Below the pieces are notes generated by a model. That model was given only the letters and a program-made list of their open reading frames with translations. It did no database searches and was not told where the DNA came from. Positions 48,098 through 57,733 of a stretch of DNA of 57,733 nt are shown here, one piece after another. The DNA is from Tolypothrix carrinoi HA7290-LM1 (GTDB taxonomy: Bacteria > Cyanobacteriota > Cyanobacteriia > Cyanobacteriales > Nostocaceae). The position numbers and the translations under genes are program-made. How positions within the stretch are numbered: position 1 is the stretch's first letter; each line of letters opens with the position of its first letter. The DNA lies in NCBI GenBank assembly GCA_019358935.1, contig JAHHIK010000051.1:1-57733 (forward strand), given 5' to 3'.

Positions 48098-49048
48098 TTA
48101 GTGCAGCCAAGGACGGCTAACTTCGTCTAATTGGGCAATATCATCATCGGTTAATTGCCAGTTCAAAGCGCCGGCGTTTTGTTGTACTTGTTGAGCGGTT
48201 TTCGCTCCAGCAATCGGGATTGTGTTTCCTTGAACAATTAACCAGTTGAGAGCAACTTGAGCGGGAGTGCGATCGCGTTTTTCGCCAATAGTGCGTAGCA
48301 AAGATATCACTGGTGCAATTTTCTCCAAGCCTTGCTTACTAAATCGCGGGTCAATTTTCCTCGCACCGTTGGGAGTTTCCGCGCTATCAGTTGTGTACTT
48401 ACCTGTGAGTAATCCCTGCGCTAAAGGACTGTATGCCAAGATTGTCACACCCAACTCACGGGCAGCGGCAAAAATGCCGTTACTTTCGATTTGCCGCGTC
48501 AGTAAAGAGTAGCGTACCTGATTCGCAGCCAAAGGCACTCCGCGTTTAGCCAAGATATCGTGCGCCTCTCGCATTTGTTCTGCCGAGTAATTACTTACAC
48601 CAATTGTAGCGATTCTGCCGCGCTGCACTTCATCTGCAAGGGCATTCATCAGAGTTTGTTGACTCATAAAAAAGGCAAAGGGCCAATGCACTTGATACAA
48701 AGCAACTCGCTCGACTCGTAAGCGTTTGAGGCTGGCTGTTAAGGCATCGGCAACTGATTGAGATGTAAATCGCCAAGGTGCGGGACCGTATTTAGTAGCA
48801 ATTTGCACTGGTTGTTGCCGTTGTTGCATGAATTGCCCCAAGAATTCTTCACTCATTCCCAAGCCGTAAAGTTCCGCAGTATCAAAAAAAGTGACACCCG
48901 TTTCTAGTGCTGCGATGAAGGCTTCTTTGAGTTGTTCGGAATTGTAGTCTTTGCCATAATTCCAAAAAAGTTTATCGCCCCAAGCCCAAGTGCCGATGCA
49001 AAGAGGTGCTACAGTCGGTCCGTTTTGTCCTAATGTGATGGTTGTCAC
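48098..49048 (-). CDS. Aldo/keto reductase
   Basis: GTWAWG, FDTAELYG, ATK, LYQVHWP, GVSN, AYSPLAQGLLTGKY. Confidence 0.92.
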   Translation of the reverse strand: MTTITLGQNGPTVAPLCIGTWAWGDKLFWNYGKDYNSEQLKEAFIAALETGVTFFDTAELYGLGMSEEFLGQFMQQRQQPVQIATKYGPAPWRFTSQSVADALTASLKRLRVERVALYQVHWPFAFFMSQQTLMNALADEVQRGRIATIGVSNYSAEQMREAHDILAKRGVPLAANQVRYSLLTRQIESNGIFAAARELGVTILAYSPLAQGLLTGKYTTDSAETPNGARKIDPRFSKQGLEKIAPVISLLRTIGEKRDRTPAQVALNWLIVQGNTIPIAGAKTAQQVQQNAGALNWQLTDDDIAQLDEVSRPWLH

Positions 49049-49155
49049 TTTTTTTAGAAGGTAGAGATTAGCAAGAAAAATGAATGATATTTAACCTTTT
49101 CTCTTTTTTCATCTACCTTATTAGTGATAGCGATCGCCTTCTTCAATCTGATAAG

Positions 49156-50151
49156 CTAGCTGCGTGCGTGTTTACCAGTTGCTGCTTTTGTCTTAACCAA
49201 GACTGCGAGGACAACCAAGCTCAATCCAAACACAACTCCCGGCTCAGGAACTTTAGTAGGAGGAGATGCAATTCTAGCACCGGTAATGCCTGTAACACTG
49301 CTAGAACGAGGGTAAGGAACCCCGGATGAGCCTGGTTGAACGTCAATTTTAACGGTTAATGAATCCAACACATCCGCTAAGTTGTAATCAAACCCAAATG
49401 CTGTAGGTATAGGTTTGGTGAGCAAATCTGTGACCAAATTCTTATTGAGGATTTCCCAAAAGTCGGTTTCGTTGGGATAGTTAACCAAATATTTATCAAT
49501 GTAATTGTAAATTTGCGTAAATTCAGGATATTCAAACGGGTCTGTTTTTCCAATGCCGTCTTTGTAATCATAATCAACTTTTAAGTCGATAACCGCGTTA
49601 CCTTGATGCTCAATTGGGTAGTTTTTGAAGGCAAAAGACCAAGATTCATCCAGGTCAATTTTCTCACCAGGAATACCTGTTACTATGCTAGAACGAGGAA
49701 TGTTAATCCCTGATGAACCAGGTTTAACATCAATGCCTACAGTTAAAGAATCGACTACATCTGCTAATTTATAATCAAACCCGAATGTCGTAGGTATAGG
49801 TTGGGTTAGCAAATCTGTGACTAAATTCTTGTTGAGAATTTCCCAAAAGTCGGTTTCGTTGGGATAGTTAACCAAATATTTATCAATGTAATTGTAAATT
49901 TGTGTGAATTCAGGATACTCAAACGGGTCTGTTTTCCCGATACCATTTTTGTAGTTGTAGTTGACATTGAGGTCGAGAACTGAATTACCCTGATGCTCAA
50001 TTGGATAATCTTTAAAGGCAAAAGACCAAGACTCATTTAATTTTGGTTGGAGTGTAAGCGCTTGAGCCAGGGAAAAAGGAATTGCTGCTCCCCAACTCAA
50101 TAAAGCACCTATTATGGTCAAGGATGTCTTGTGAAAAATATTGTTTGTCAT
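49156..50151 (-). CDS. PEP-CTERM surface protein with two near-identical 129-aa domains
   Basis: Signal peptide, a 387-bp internal duplication, then C-terminal KVPEPG, a TM helix and a basic tail. Confidence 0.85.
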   Translation of the reverse strand: MTNNIFHKTSLTIIGALLSWGAAIPFSLAQALTLQPKLNESWSFAFKDYPIEHQGNSVLDLNVNYNYKNGIGKTDPFEYPEFTQIYNYIDKYLVNYPNETDFWEILNKNLVTDLLTQPIPTTFGFDYKLADVVDSLTVGIDVKPGSSGINIPRSSIVTGIPGEKIDLDESWSFAFKNYPIEHQGNAVIDLKVDYDYKDGIGKTDPFEYPEFTQIYNYIDKYLVNYPNETDFWEILNKNLVTDLLTKPIPTAFGFDYNLADVLDSLTVKIDVQPGSSGVPYPRSSSVTGITGARIASPPTKVPEPGVVFGLSLVVLAVLVKTKAATGKHARS

Positions 50152-50349
50152 CTACTTTAAGTTAGATTGCTAAATACAGTAAATCCTACCAATAAAGAGT
50201 ATTTTTTAAGAAAAAAATAACATTGTATAAGCAATTTAAATGAGTAAGTCCTGATAAAACATTTGTATGGCTTAATTTTGCGAGGTCATTTGTAACGTTT
50301 CTTCTGTAGAAAATAGCAAAAGTTTTATTAATCACTTCTTAGAGAGAAT

Positions 50350-51774
50350 ATGGCAAGCGGTAATTTATCTGATTCTGGGTCAGCTTTTGTGAGTGTCCCG
50401 CGAATCAAAGTTTTGACGATGTTTCGGCTGGGCTTATTTCAGATGGCTTTGGGTATTATGTCGATTCTCACTTTGGGAGTGCTGAATCGAGTCATGATTG
50501 AAGAGTTGAAGGTGCCGGCGTTAATTGCTGCTGGGGCGATCGCTATGCATCAATTTGTCTCACCAACGCGAGTCTGGTTTGGACAAATATCAGATTCTAA
50601 ATTGTTGTTTGGCTATCACCGCACTGGTTATATCTGGCTGGGTGCGGTTTTGTTTGCGATCGCTTCTTTTTTAGCGGTACAAGTCGTTTGGCAACTCGGT
50701 TTCAGTTTGCAAGCGGGAACTTGGACAACTCAAACTACTATTTGGGCAGCATTTCTCGCTTTTATTTTCGCACTCTACGGTATGGCGATCGGTTTGAGTT
50801 CGACACCTTTCGCAGCGCTGTTAGTTGATGTTTCCGATGAAGACAATCGCTCTAAATTAGTCGGGATTGTTTGGTCAATGCTGATGGTGGGTATCATTGT
50901 CGGGGCAATTATTAGCAGCGGCTTACTCAAGCAAATTGCTTTAAATGCACCGTTAGATGTACTGCGATCGCAAATTAATCGTTTGTTTTTAATCGTACCG
51001 ACAATTGTCGTCGGATTGTGCTTTGGCGCGACAGTTGGCGTAGAAAAAAAATATTCTCAGTATACTACTCGTTCGACGGTAGTTGAGCGCGAAGATAAAA
51101 TTACTTTGGGCAAAGCGCTGCGAGTGCTAACAGCGAGTCGGCAAACAGGGATATTTTTCAGCTTTTTGCTACTAATGACCATCAGCTTGTTTTTGCAAGA
51201 TGCTGTGTTGGAACCTTACGGTGGTCAAGTGTTTAAGATGACGATCGCCGAAACAACAAAGCTGAATGCTTTCTTTGGTACGGGAACGCTAATTGGTTTG
51301 AGTATCACCGGCTTTTTGATTGCCCCGCGTTTAGGAAAGAAAAACACTACCAAGCTGGGATGTGTGGGGGTATCGATATGTTCGCTATTAATTATTTTGG
51401 CGGGGACAACTGCTAACCCGAAGCTGTTGCAATTAAGTTTAATTTTGTTTGGCTTTGCTTCTGGTATAACGACAACCGGCGCGTTAAGCTTGATGCTGGA
51501 TCTCACAGCTGTGGAAACTGCGGGGACGTTTATCGGTGCTTGGGGGTTAGCGCAAGCAATGGCAAGAGCATTAGCTACAGTATTTGGTGGTGGGTTGTTG
51601 AATTTAGGGAAAGCTTTTTTGACAACGCCACTTCAAGCTTACGGATTAGTGTTTGCCACGCAAGCTGTAGGTATTTTGCTGGCGCTGTGGTTTTTAAGTC
51701 AAGTGAATGTCAGAGAATTTCAGAATAATGCCAAGCAAGCGATCGCCTCTATTATGTCGAATGATTTAGATTAG
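50350..51774 (+). CDS. BCD/PucC-family MFS transporter (chlorophyll delivery-like)
   Basis: MFRLGLFQ…LNRVMI.EL.VP, FGQISD, HRTGYI, QDAVLEPYGG, GTFIGAWGLAQA. Confidence 0.88.
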   Translation: MASGNLSDSGSAFVSVPRIKVLTMFRLGLFQMALGIMSILTLGVLNRVMIEELKVPALIAAGAIAMHQFVSPTRVWFGQISDSKLLFGYHRTGYIWLGAVLFAIASFLAVQVVWQLGFSLQAGTWTTQTTIWAAFLAFIFALYGMAIGLSSTPFAALLVDVSDEDNRSKLVGIVWSMLMVGIIVGAIISSGLLKQIALNAPLDVLRSQINRLFLIVPTIVVGLCFGATVGVEKKYSQYTTRSTVVEREDKITLGKALRVLTASRQTGIFFSFLLLMTISLFLQDAVLEPYGGQVFKMTIAETTKLNAFFGTGTLIGLSITGFLIAPRLGKKNTTKLGCVGVSICSLLIILAGTTANPKLLQLSLILFGFASGITTTGALSLMLDLTAVETAGTFIGAWGLAQAMARALATVFGGGLLNLGKAFLTTPLQAYGLVFATQAVGILLALWFLSQVNVREFQNNAKQAIASIMSNDLD

Positions 51775-52185
51775 GGAATGGGTAATGGGTAATGGGTAAT
51801 GGGTAATGGGTAATGGGTAATGGGTAATGGGTAATGGGTAATGGGCAATTGTTTAATGGGCTAGGAATGAGAGATTTTTTCCATGCCCGATGCCCACTTG
51901 GACGATGCCCACTTGGACGATGCCCCATGACGCGGCTATGCTTCAAGTCGGCATCCCCGACGGCAGGTGCTACAACGGAGGGAACCTCCCTTCGGGTTCG
52001 CCACTTCGACGGGACGGAAACCGACACCGCCGAGTGGACTCACCGCAACGCACTGCCGGACCAACGCACTGGCTCCCCAATGCCCCATGCCCAATGCCCC
52101 ATGCCCAATTACCCATGCCCAATTACCAATTCCCAATTCCCAATTCCCAATTACCCATTACCAATTACCCATTCCCAATTCCCAT
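51775..52185. repeat. STRR arrays (GGTAATG; CCCAATT/CCCATT) enclosing nested palindromic repeats
   Basis: About 10 GGTAATG units, a composite repeat at 51929-52075, and heptamer arrays to 52185. Confidence 0.85.
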
Positions 52186-52192
52186 TTATCAA

Positions 52193-52999
52193 ATGACTGA
52201 CTTTTGGACAACTATTCTCGAATTTGCCCAAACGACTACCACCAAGGTAGGTAAGCAACTAATGCTAGATTTTGGGCAGGTGCAAGCTTCGCAAAAAGCT
52301 GATGGTACTTTGGTTACACAAGCTGATAAATGGGCAGATAAGACAATTTGTGATGCGATCGCTTCGACTTTTGCCGGTTATGGTATCCTCAGCGAAGAAG
52401 CTGATAAGGTGTTTCCCGGTACAGAATGGTGCTGGGTAATTGACCCTCTCGACGGCACTACTAACTTTACACGCGGTATTCCTATTTGGTCAATTTCCCT
52501 AGGTTTGCTGTATAAAGGTGTACCTATTTTTGGTTATGTATATGTGCCGCCAACAGACCAAGCTTTTCACGGCTTTTGGCAAGGTACATCTGAGTTAGCA
52601 ACTCCTACCGGGGCATTTCTCAACCATCGTCCGATCCACAGCAGCGCTGATGACCCCAGCAACAATCACTTTTTTAGCCTTTCTTCTCCTAGTACGGCAG
52701 CCATCCAAGATGGCTTTCCCTGCAAAATTCGCATGTTAGGCGTTGCTAGCTATAACTTTCTCACAGTGGCGACTGGGGCAACATTGGGCGGTATGGAAGC
52801 GAAACCAAAAGTTTGGGATATTGCCGCTACTTGGGTAATTGTTCAGGCAGCAGGGGGAAGTTGGATATCTTTGAAGACAGAGCCGTTTCCTTTATTATCG
52901 GGAGAAGATTATAGCGATCGCTCTTTCCCCACTTTAGTTGTCAGTCGTGCAGAATTGCAACCTGTATTTCAACCGTTTGTAGATAAAGTGAAAATTTAA
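52193..52999 (+). CDS. Inositol monophosphatase-family protein
   Basis: VTQAD, LSEE, WVIDPLDGTTNF, WDIAA. ATG at 52193; the upstream extension is repeat-derived. Confidence 0.9.
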   Translation: MTDFWTTILEFAQTTTTKVGKQLMLDFGQVQASQKADGTLVTQADKWADKTICDAIASTFAGYGILSEEADKVFPGTEWCWVIDPLDGTTNFTRGIPIWSISLGLLYKGVPIFGYVYVPPTDQAFHGFWQGTSELATPTGAFLNHRPIHSSADDPSNNHFFSLSSPSTAAIQDGFPCKIRMLGVASYNFLTVATGATLGGMEAKPKVWDIAATWVIVQAAGGSWISLKTEPFPLLSGEDYSDRSFPTLVVSRAELQPVFQPFVDKVKI

Positions 53000-53104
53000 A
53001 CTCTTAGGTAGTAAGCGCTGTACTCGCTTTAAATTGAGCGATAAATCGCTCACTACGAATAAGAGCAAGAAAAAATTTCACGGCTCTTGATATAATTTTT
53101 GCGG

Positions 53105-53357
53105 TGTTTCGTGTTCGGAACTCGAAGTTTCATGTATTGATGCTGAAGTTTCGTGTTCAGAAGCTCAAGTTTCATGTTCAGAAGCTCAAGTTTCGTGTTC
53201 GGAACTCGAAGTTTCATGTTCAGAAGCTCAAGTTTGATGTTCTGAACTCGAAGTTTCGTGTTCGGAAGCTGAAATTTCGTGTTCTGAACTCGAAGTTTCA
53301 TGTTCTGAACTCGAAGTTTCATGTTCTGAACTCGAAGTTTCATGTTCAGAAGCTCAA
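53105..53357. repeat. 21-bp tandem repeat array (~12 units, consensus GTTTC(A/G)TGTTC(A/T/G)GAA(G/C)…AA)
   Basis: Units such as GTTTCATGTTCAGAAGCTCAA and GTTTCATGTTCTGAACTCGAA repeat head to tail with no spacers. Confidence 0.9.
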
Positions 53358-53560
53358 ACAACGAAAACTGCCTGCTTCAAGCCGGGAAACCCCTCCAAGG
53401 CACTGCCTCCTTAATGCCCATTGCCCAATGCCCATTGACGGCAGGTGCTCCACTTGGGGAGACCCCAAGACCGCACTGCCTCCCCAATGCCCATTGCCCA
53501 TTAAACAATTGCCCAATGCCCATTGCCCAATGCCCATTGCCCAATGCCCAATTAACCAAT

Positions 53561-54283
53561 ATGCAAATCAAACAGACAGAGGTGATGATTTCCACCCCGG
53601 ATGGAGAGATGCCGGCTTTCTTGTGTACACCTACTGAACCTGACCGCAAGCCAGCCGTCCTCCTTTTGATGGAGGCTTTTGGCTTAACGTCGCACATCCG
53701 AGACGTGGCAGCGCGGATTGCCAAGGTCGGATACGTAGTTCTCGCGCCGGATTTATACTATCGCGAGTTGCCGAACAACAAGTTCGGATACGACGAGGTG
53801 GAGCAAGCAATGGCTATGATGTGGCGTCTCGATTTTGGCAAGCCCGTAGAGGAGGATATTCGGGCAGCGCTGGCTTATGTGAAGTCGCGACTTGATGTGT
53901 ACCCAGATAAAGTTGGCGTTACAGGGTTTTGCTTGGGTGGGGGACTGACCTTTCTCACTGCTTGCAAAATGTCGGACGCGATCGCCGCAGCAGCCCCCTT
54001 TTATGGTATGGTTCCAGATGAGTGGATCGACGCAGTAATAAACATTACTGTCCCCGTATACTTATTCTTCGGTGGTGTCGATCCATTTATTCCTCAAGAA
54101 CGTGTTAAACAAATCGAATCCCGGTTCAAGGAACTCGACAAAGAGTATACCTTGAAGGTTTACAGTGATGCCGACCACGGGTTTTTCTGCAACGAGCGTT
54201 CTTCTTACAACCCCTTGGCAGCGGAAAATTCTTGGCGCGAGCTTACACGGTTCTTTCATAAACATTTGCAGGAAGTCGTCTAA
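53561..54283 (+). CDS. Dienelactone hydrolase-family protein
   Basis: EAFGL, APDLY, nucleophile GFCLGG, D..I, HGF. Confidence 0.9.
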   Translation: MQIKQTEVMISTPDGEMPAFLCTPTEPDRKPAVLLLMEAFGLTSHIRDVAARIAKVGYVVLAPDLYYRELPNNKFGYDEVEQAMAMMWRLDFGKPVEEDIRAALAYVKSRLDVYPDKVGVTGFCLGGGLTFLTACKMSDAIAAAAPFYGMVPDEWIDAVINITVPVYLFFGGVDPFIPQERVKQIESRFKELDKEYTLKVYSDADHGFFCNERSSYNPLAAENSWRELTRFFHKHLQEVV

Positions 54284-54430
54284 CAAGACCGAAGACGAAA
54301 ACGTAGCAATACAATCGGTTGAGTCTTTTTTGAGAACACCTGCATCGGTTTTATTGCTGGGAACTTAATTAACCTTGGCGACGAGGACACAGCAGCCTAT
54401 CTTTGTGCCTCATAAGAGTGCAAGCAACCG

Positions 54431-55624
54431 ATGAAATTCAATATTCGCTCAATGCCAATTATTGGCTTAATCACAGCCGAATCTTTGTCTTTGATGGGGA
54501 ACCAAATTGCGGCGGTTGCAATACCGATATTGGTCTTGCGGTTTACTAATTCTCCTATAGTTACCGGAATTGCCAGCGCAGCTAACATAGTTCCGATTAT
54601 ATTGGCTGCAATTGTGGGTGGGCGAGCTATTGATAGATTCGGTGCGTGGAATATCAGCGTGGCTGCCGATGTGTTGAGTTTTTTCTCTGTTCTCGCTTTA
54701 CCCTTCGCGTTCATTTATCTCGATCAAGTTTCCCCATTCTTGATATTTTTGTTGGTATTTTTAGGGGCACTGTTCGATCCTACCGGAATATCAGCTAGAC
54801 AAACACTCGTGCCAAACTTGGCAAAGTTGTCCGGTAAGCCGTTGCCAAAAATCAATTCATTCAGAGGAGGACTTGAAAACGCAGCTGACTTTCTCGGTCC
54901 TGTAATCGGCGTTGGTTTAATTGGCGTAGCTGGAATCGTTCACACTTTTTTGATTAATGCCGTTACTTTTTTGCTCTGTGCAGTCATATTTGCGATCGCC
55001 GTACCCAGAAAGCAGGAGATCGCATCAATGGGCAATGAAGGTGCTGCACCTAGAGGCGTGACTTTTATTTTTAAACACCCTCAACTCAGACCGTTGGCAA
55101 TTGTCGGTATGGTTGCGAATTTCGCCATCCTGCCATTTTTGGGCTTGCTGCTTCCGGTGTTGACCACACAAAAGTTTCATAGCACAACTTTACTGGGTGT
55201 TTGTTTATCAGTTTTCGGGCTGGCAGCAACCGTTGGTGCAGCCTTTTTCTCACGGCTTTCTCATCGCTACTCTCGTTCAGTCATTTATTATGGCGGATTA
55301 TTAATGACGGGAAGTTCTATGATACTCTGTGCTATTTCCAGTCAGAAATATCAAGTTATATTTTGTGCGGGTTTGGCTGGATTGTTGCTAGGTGCAGGCA
55401 ATCCGTTACAGCAAACAATTTTGCAAGAGGAAACACCAAAAGCGATCGCAGGACAAGTATTCACCTCACTGACAGCGATTCACTTTATTGCTGGACCTTT
55501 TGGACTGCTGCTTGCCGGCATTTTTACCGAGTTCTCGAATGTTGAGCGGGTGCTTTTGTGTTTTGGCTGTTTGCTGCTAACCTCAGCAATCTTCGGTTGG
55601 TTTCGATTGCCATTGAAACGGTGA
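54431..55624 (+). CDS. MFS transporter (macrolide-efflux/H+ antiporter-like)
   Basis: About 12 TM segments, GGRAIDRFG motif A, SLMGNQIAAVAIP. Confidence 0.85.
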   Translation: MKFNIRSMPIIGLITAESLSLMGNQIAAVAIPILVLRFTNSPIVTGIASAANIVPIILAAIVGGRAIDRFGAWNISVAADVLSFFSVLALPFAFIYLDQVSPFLIFLLVFLGALFDPTGISARQTLVPNLAKLSGKPLPKINSFRGGLENAADFLGPVIGVGLIGVAGIVHTFLINAVTFLLCAVIFAIAVPRKQEIASMGNEGAAPRGVTFIFKHPQLRPLAIVGMVANFAILPFLGLLLPVLTTQKFHSTTLLGVCLSVFGLAATVGAAFFSRLSHRYSRSVIYYGGLLMTGSSMILCAISSQKYQVIFCAGLAGLLLGAGNPLQQTILQEETPKAIAGQVFTSLTAIHFIAGPFGLLLAGIFTEFSNVERVLLCFGCLLLTSAIFGWFRLPLKR

Positions 55625-55764
55625 GCAATCTTGCAGGAGGCAGGCGTTGCTGTCTGTATTGGACAAGGTGCAAACCGCTATAGACTTTATCGTTTATACT
55701 TTTTTTATCCTTTATCTTTCATACTTCAGATAACACGCTCGTTTCCCGCATCCCGTGTTTTTCT

Positions 55765-56301
55765 ATGAATACTGTAATTACACCAGAAAAAATTGAATTA
55801 CCTCCCGGCGCTGTGTTGAAACTTTTGGGGAACTGGCAAGAGTACCAAAGAATGGTTTTGCAGTTAGGCGATCGCTCCCTCCCCCGTATTAAATACCGAC
55901 CAGGAGAAATTTTGTTGATGGCACCTTTACCTGAACATGCAAGAGGTGCAAGCTTGCTGGCAGATATAGAACCGGACTATTGCTTTTACATTGAAAATTG
56001 GAGAGCTGTAGTAGGTAAGAACCGTATCGACTGGGAAAATGACCCGCCACCCGATTTGGTAATTGAAATAGACGTTACTAGTTATAGCGATATTAATGAT
56101 TATCTCCCTTACAAAGTACCAGAGGTTTGGTTGTTAAGGAATAAGCATTTGTTGGTTTATAAATTTGCCGTTGAAAGTTATGTGCTTGGAGAAAGCAGTT
56201 ATTATCCTAATGTGAGAGAAATTGTGCAGCAGTGTTTGCAAATTGCAAATGAGCAAACAACAAGTGAGGCAATTAGGTGGTTAAGGAACTTTTTGCAGTA
56301 G
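55765..56301 (+). CDS. Uma2-family endonuclease-like protein, probably with an internal in-frame deletion
   Basis: LMAPLPEH, EPDYCFY, PPDLVIEIDVTS, VPEVW. The helix-strand segment normally found between 'LLAD' and 'IEPD' appears to be missing. Confidence 0.75.
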   Translation: MNTVITPEKIELPPGAVLKLLGNWQEYQRMVLQLGDRSLPRIKYRPGEILLMAPLPEHARGASLLADIEPDYCFYIENWRAVVGKNRIDWENDPPPDLVIEIDVTSYSDINDYLPYKVPEVWLLRNKHLLVYKFAVESYVLGESSYYPNVREIVQQCLQIANEQTTSEAIRWLRNFLQ

Positions 56302-56541
56302 ACACGAGCGTTGAGCATCTGTTGCCGTACTCAGCATCGCCTGCATACGGATTATTTTGTCGGTGCGAACTTTATAAATTTTTAGCTTTTGGGGTATTGG
56401 CTGTTGGTGACAGTACGATAATTCAATAGCCATAATTAATGCGATCGCTCTTTCCCCCCAAGGAAAAAGAAAAAATCGCTCAAATTAAAAGCTTCACAGC
56501 TTAACGCCTTATATATCAGCTTTTATCTCTAACAAATAACA

Positions 56542-57495
56542 ATGAAAGGACTCTGGTTAGAAAACAACCAACTACAACTCCGCACAGATATCCCCATTCC
56601 TCAACCACCACCAGGAGAAGCGCTGGTGCGCGTTTTGCGTGCGGGTATCTGTAACACTGACTTAGAATTGCTCAGAGGTTATTATCCCTACACCGGCATT
56701 TTAGGACACGAATTTGTCGGTGTCGTTGCCCAAGGACCAGAAAACTTAGTTAATAAGCGAGTAGTCGGAGAAATTAACGCCGTCTGTGGAAAGTGTCGCT
56801 TTTGTCGCAGCGGACAACCGACGCACTGTGAAAACCGCACCGTCTTGGGTATTGTTAACCGCAACGGCGCTTTTGCTGATTATCTCTGTTTGCCGATAGA
56901 AAATCTACATCCCGTGCCCGATAACGTGCCTACAGAAGTAGCAACATTTACCGAACCCATAGCCGCTGCCTTGGAAATTCAGCAGCAGATACCGTTAAGT
57001 GTAAATCAGCGCGTGCTAGTAGTGGGAGATGGTAAATTGGGGCAACTTGTAGCGCAAACACTCGCTTTGACAGGTTGCGATTTGTTAGCTGTCGGGCGTC
57101 ATCGTGATAAACTTGCTAATTTAGAAGCACGAGGTATCAAAACTGGCTTTGTAGAAGCTGTTACAGACAGAGCTTTTGATGTTTCTGTAGAGTGTACTGG
57201 CAATCCCGAAGGATTTGCGATCGCTCGTCGTGCTTTACGTCCGCGTGGTACATTAATACTCAAAAGCACCTACGCAGGCAACCTCAGTTTTGATGTTTCC
57301 TCTTTAGTAGTAGACGAAATTACTCTCATCGGTTCGCGTTGTGGTCCCTTTCCTGCCGCACTCGACTTGCTAGCAGCAGAAAAAGTAGACGTACAACCTT
57401 TAATTCACGCTACTTATCCCCTCACAGACGCGCTTACCGCTTTTGAACAAGCTCAACGTAAAGGTGTTATGAAAGTGTTGTTAGAAATTAGTTAG
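56542..57495 (+). CDS. Zinc-dependent alcohol dehydrogenase (MDR family)
   Basis: GICNTD, GHEFVG, CGKCRFC…HC, GDGKLG. Confidence 0.92.
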   Translation: MKGLWLENNQLQLRTDIPIPQPPPGEALVRVLRAGICNTDLELLRGYYPYTGILGHEFVGVVAQGPENLVNKRVVGEINAVCGKCRFCRSGQPTHCENRTVLGIVNRNGAFADYLCLPIENLHPVPDNVPTEVATFTEPIAAALEIQQQIPLSVNQRVLVVGDGKLGQLVAQTLALTGCDLLAVGRHRDKLANLEARGIKTGFVEAVTDRAFDVSVECTGNPEGFAIARRALRPRGTLILKSTYAGNLSFDVSSLVVDEITLIGSRCGPFPAALDLLAAEKVDVQPLIHATYPLTDALTAFEQAQRKGVMKVLLEIS

Positions 57496-57733
57496 TGAAT
57501 AGTTGTTGGTGGATAGTTGTTAGTGGATAGTTGTTGGTGGATAGTTGTTGGTGGATAGTTGTTAGTGGATAGTTGTTGGTGGATAGTTGTTAGTGGATAG
57601 TTGTTGGTGGATAGTTGTTGGTGGATAGTTGTTGGTGGATAGTTGTTGGTGGATAGTTGTTGGTGGATAGTTGTTGGTGGATAGTTGTTGGTGGATAGTT
57701 GTTGGTGGATAGTTGTTGGTGGATAGTTGTTGG
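57496..57733. repeat. 14-bp tandem repeat (GGATAGTTGTT[G/A]GT)n running off the window end
   Basis: About 17 head-to-tail units. The unit is a dimer of STRR-like heptamers. Confidence 0.92.

Noticed and set aside
57496..57733. Terminal repeat as a CRISPR array or telomere-like structure
   Set aside because: It is a pure 14-bp tandem repeat without spacers, built from STRR-like heptamers.

Overview
Chromosomal window from a filamentous, probably heterocyst-forming (Nostocales-like) cyanobacterium. The assignment rests on frequent HIP1 octamers (GCGATCGC), heptamer STRR arrays in most intergenic spaces, and psbU, btpA, rimO-crhR and a PEP-CTERM gene. The left end (1-6.2 kb) is a TPR gene broken by a group II intron (RT/maturase/HNH), a frameshift, a 3' truncation and an upstream TnpB element. 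At 9.5-10.3 kb is a non-autonomous IS200/IS605 derivative that has lost tnpB but keeps an expanded omegaRNA-like right end and a small RHH gene. The core accessory locus (13.3-27.9 kb) is a DNA phosphorothioation island: dndC-[REP/RAYT-like tnpA]-dndD-dndE-putative methyltransferase, two divergently placed DGQHR/DndB genes (the second a pseudogene), and a four-gene Pbe-like module (SF2 helicase, an unannotated 57-aa ORF, SMC-like ATPase, small protein) directly downstream of lexA. The rest is mostly housekeeping: argF, tRNA-Thr, uppP, psbU, nadB, VKOR, btpA, rimO, crhR, PucC-like MFS, IMPase, DLH, MFS and ADH. It also holds a CHASE2-PAS-GGDEF gene followed by a small secreted peptide gene, and a PEP-CTERM protein with a duplicated, possibly T-fold, domain. 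All family assignments come from recognising motifs by eye; no searches were run.
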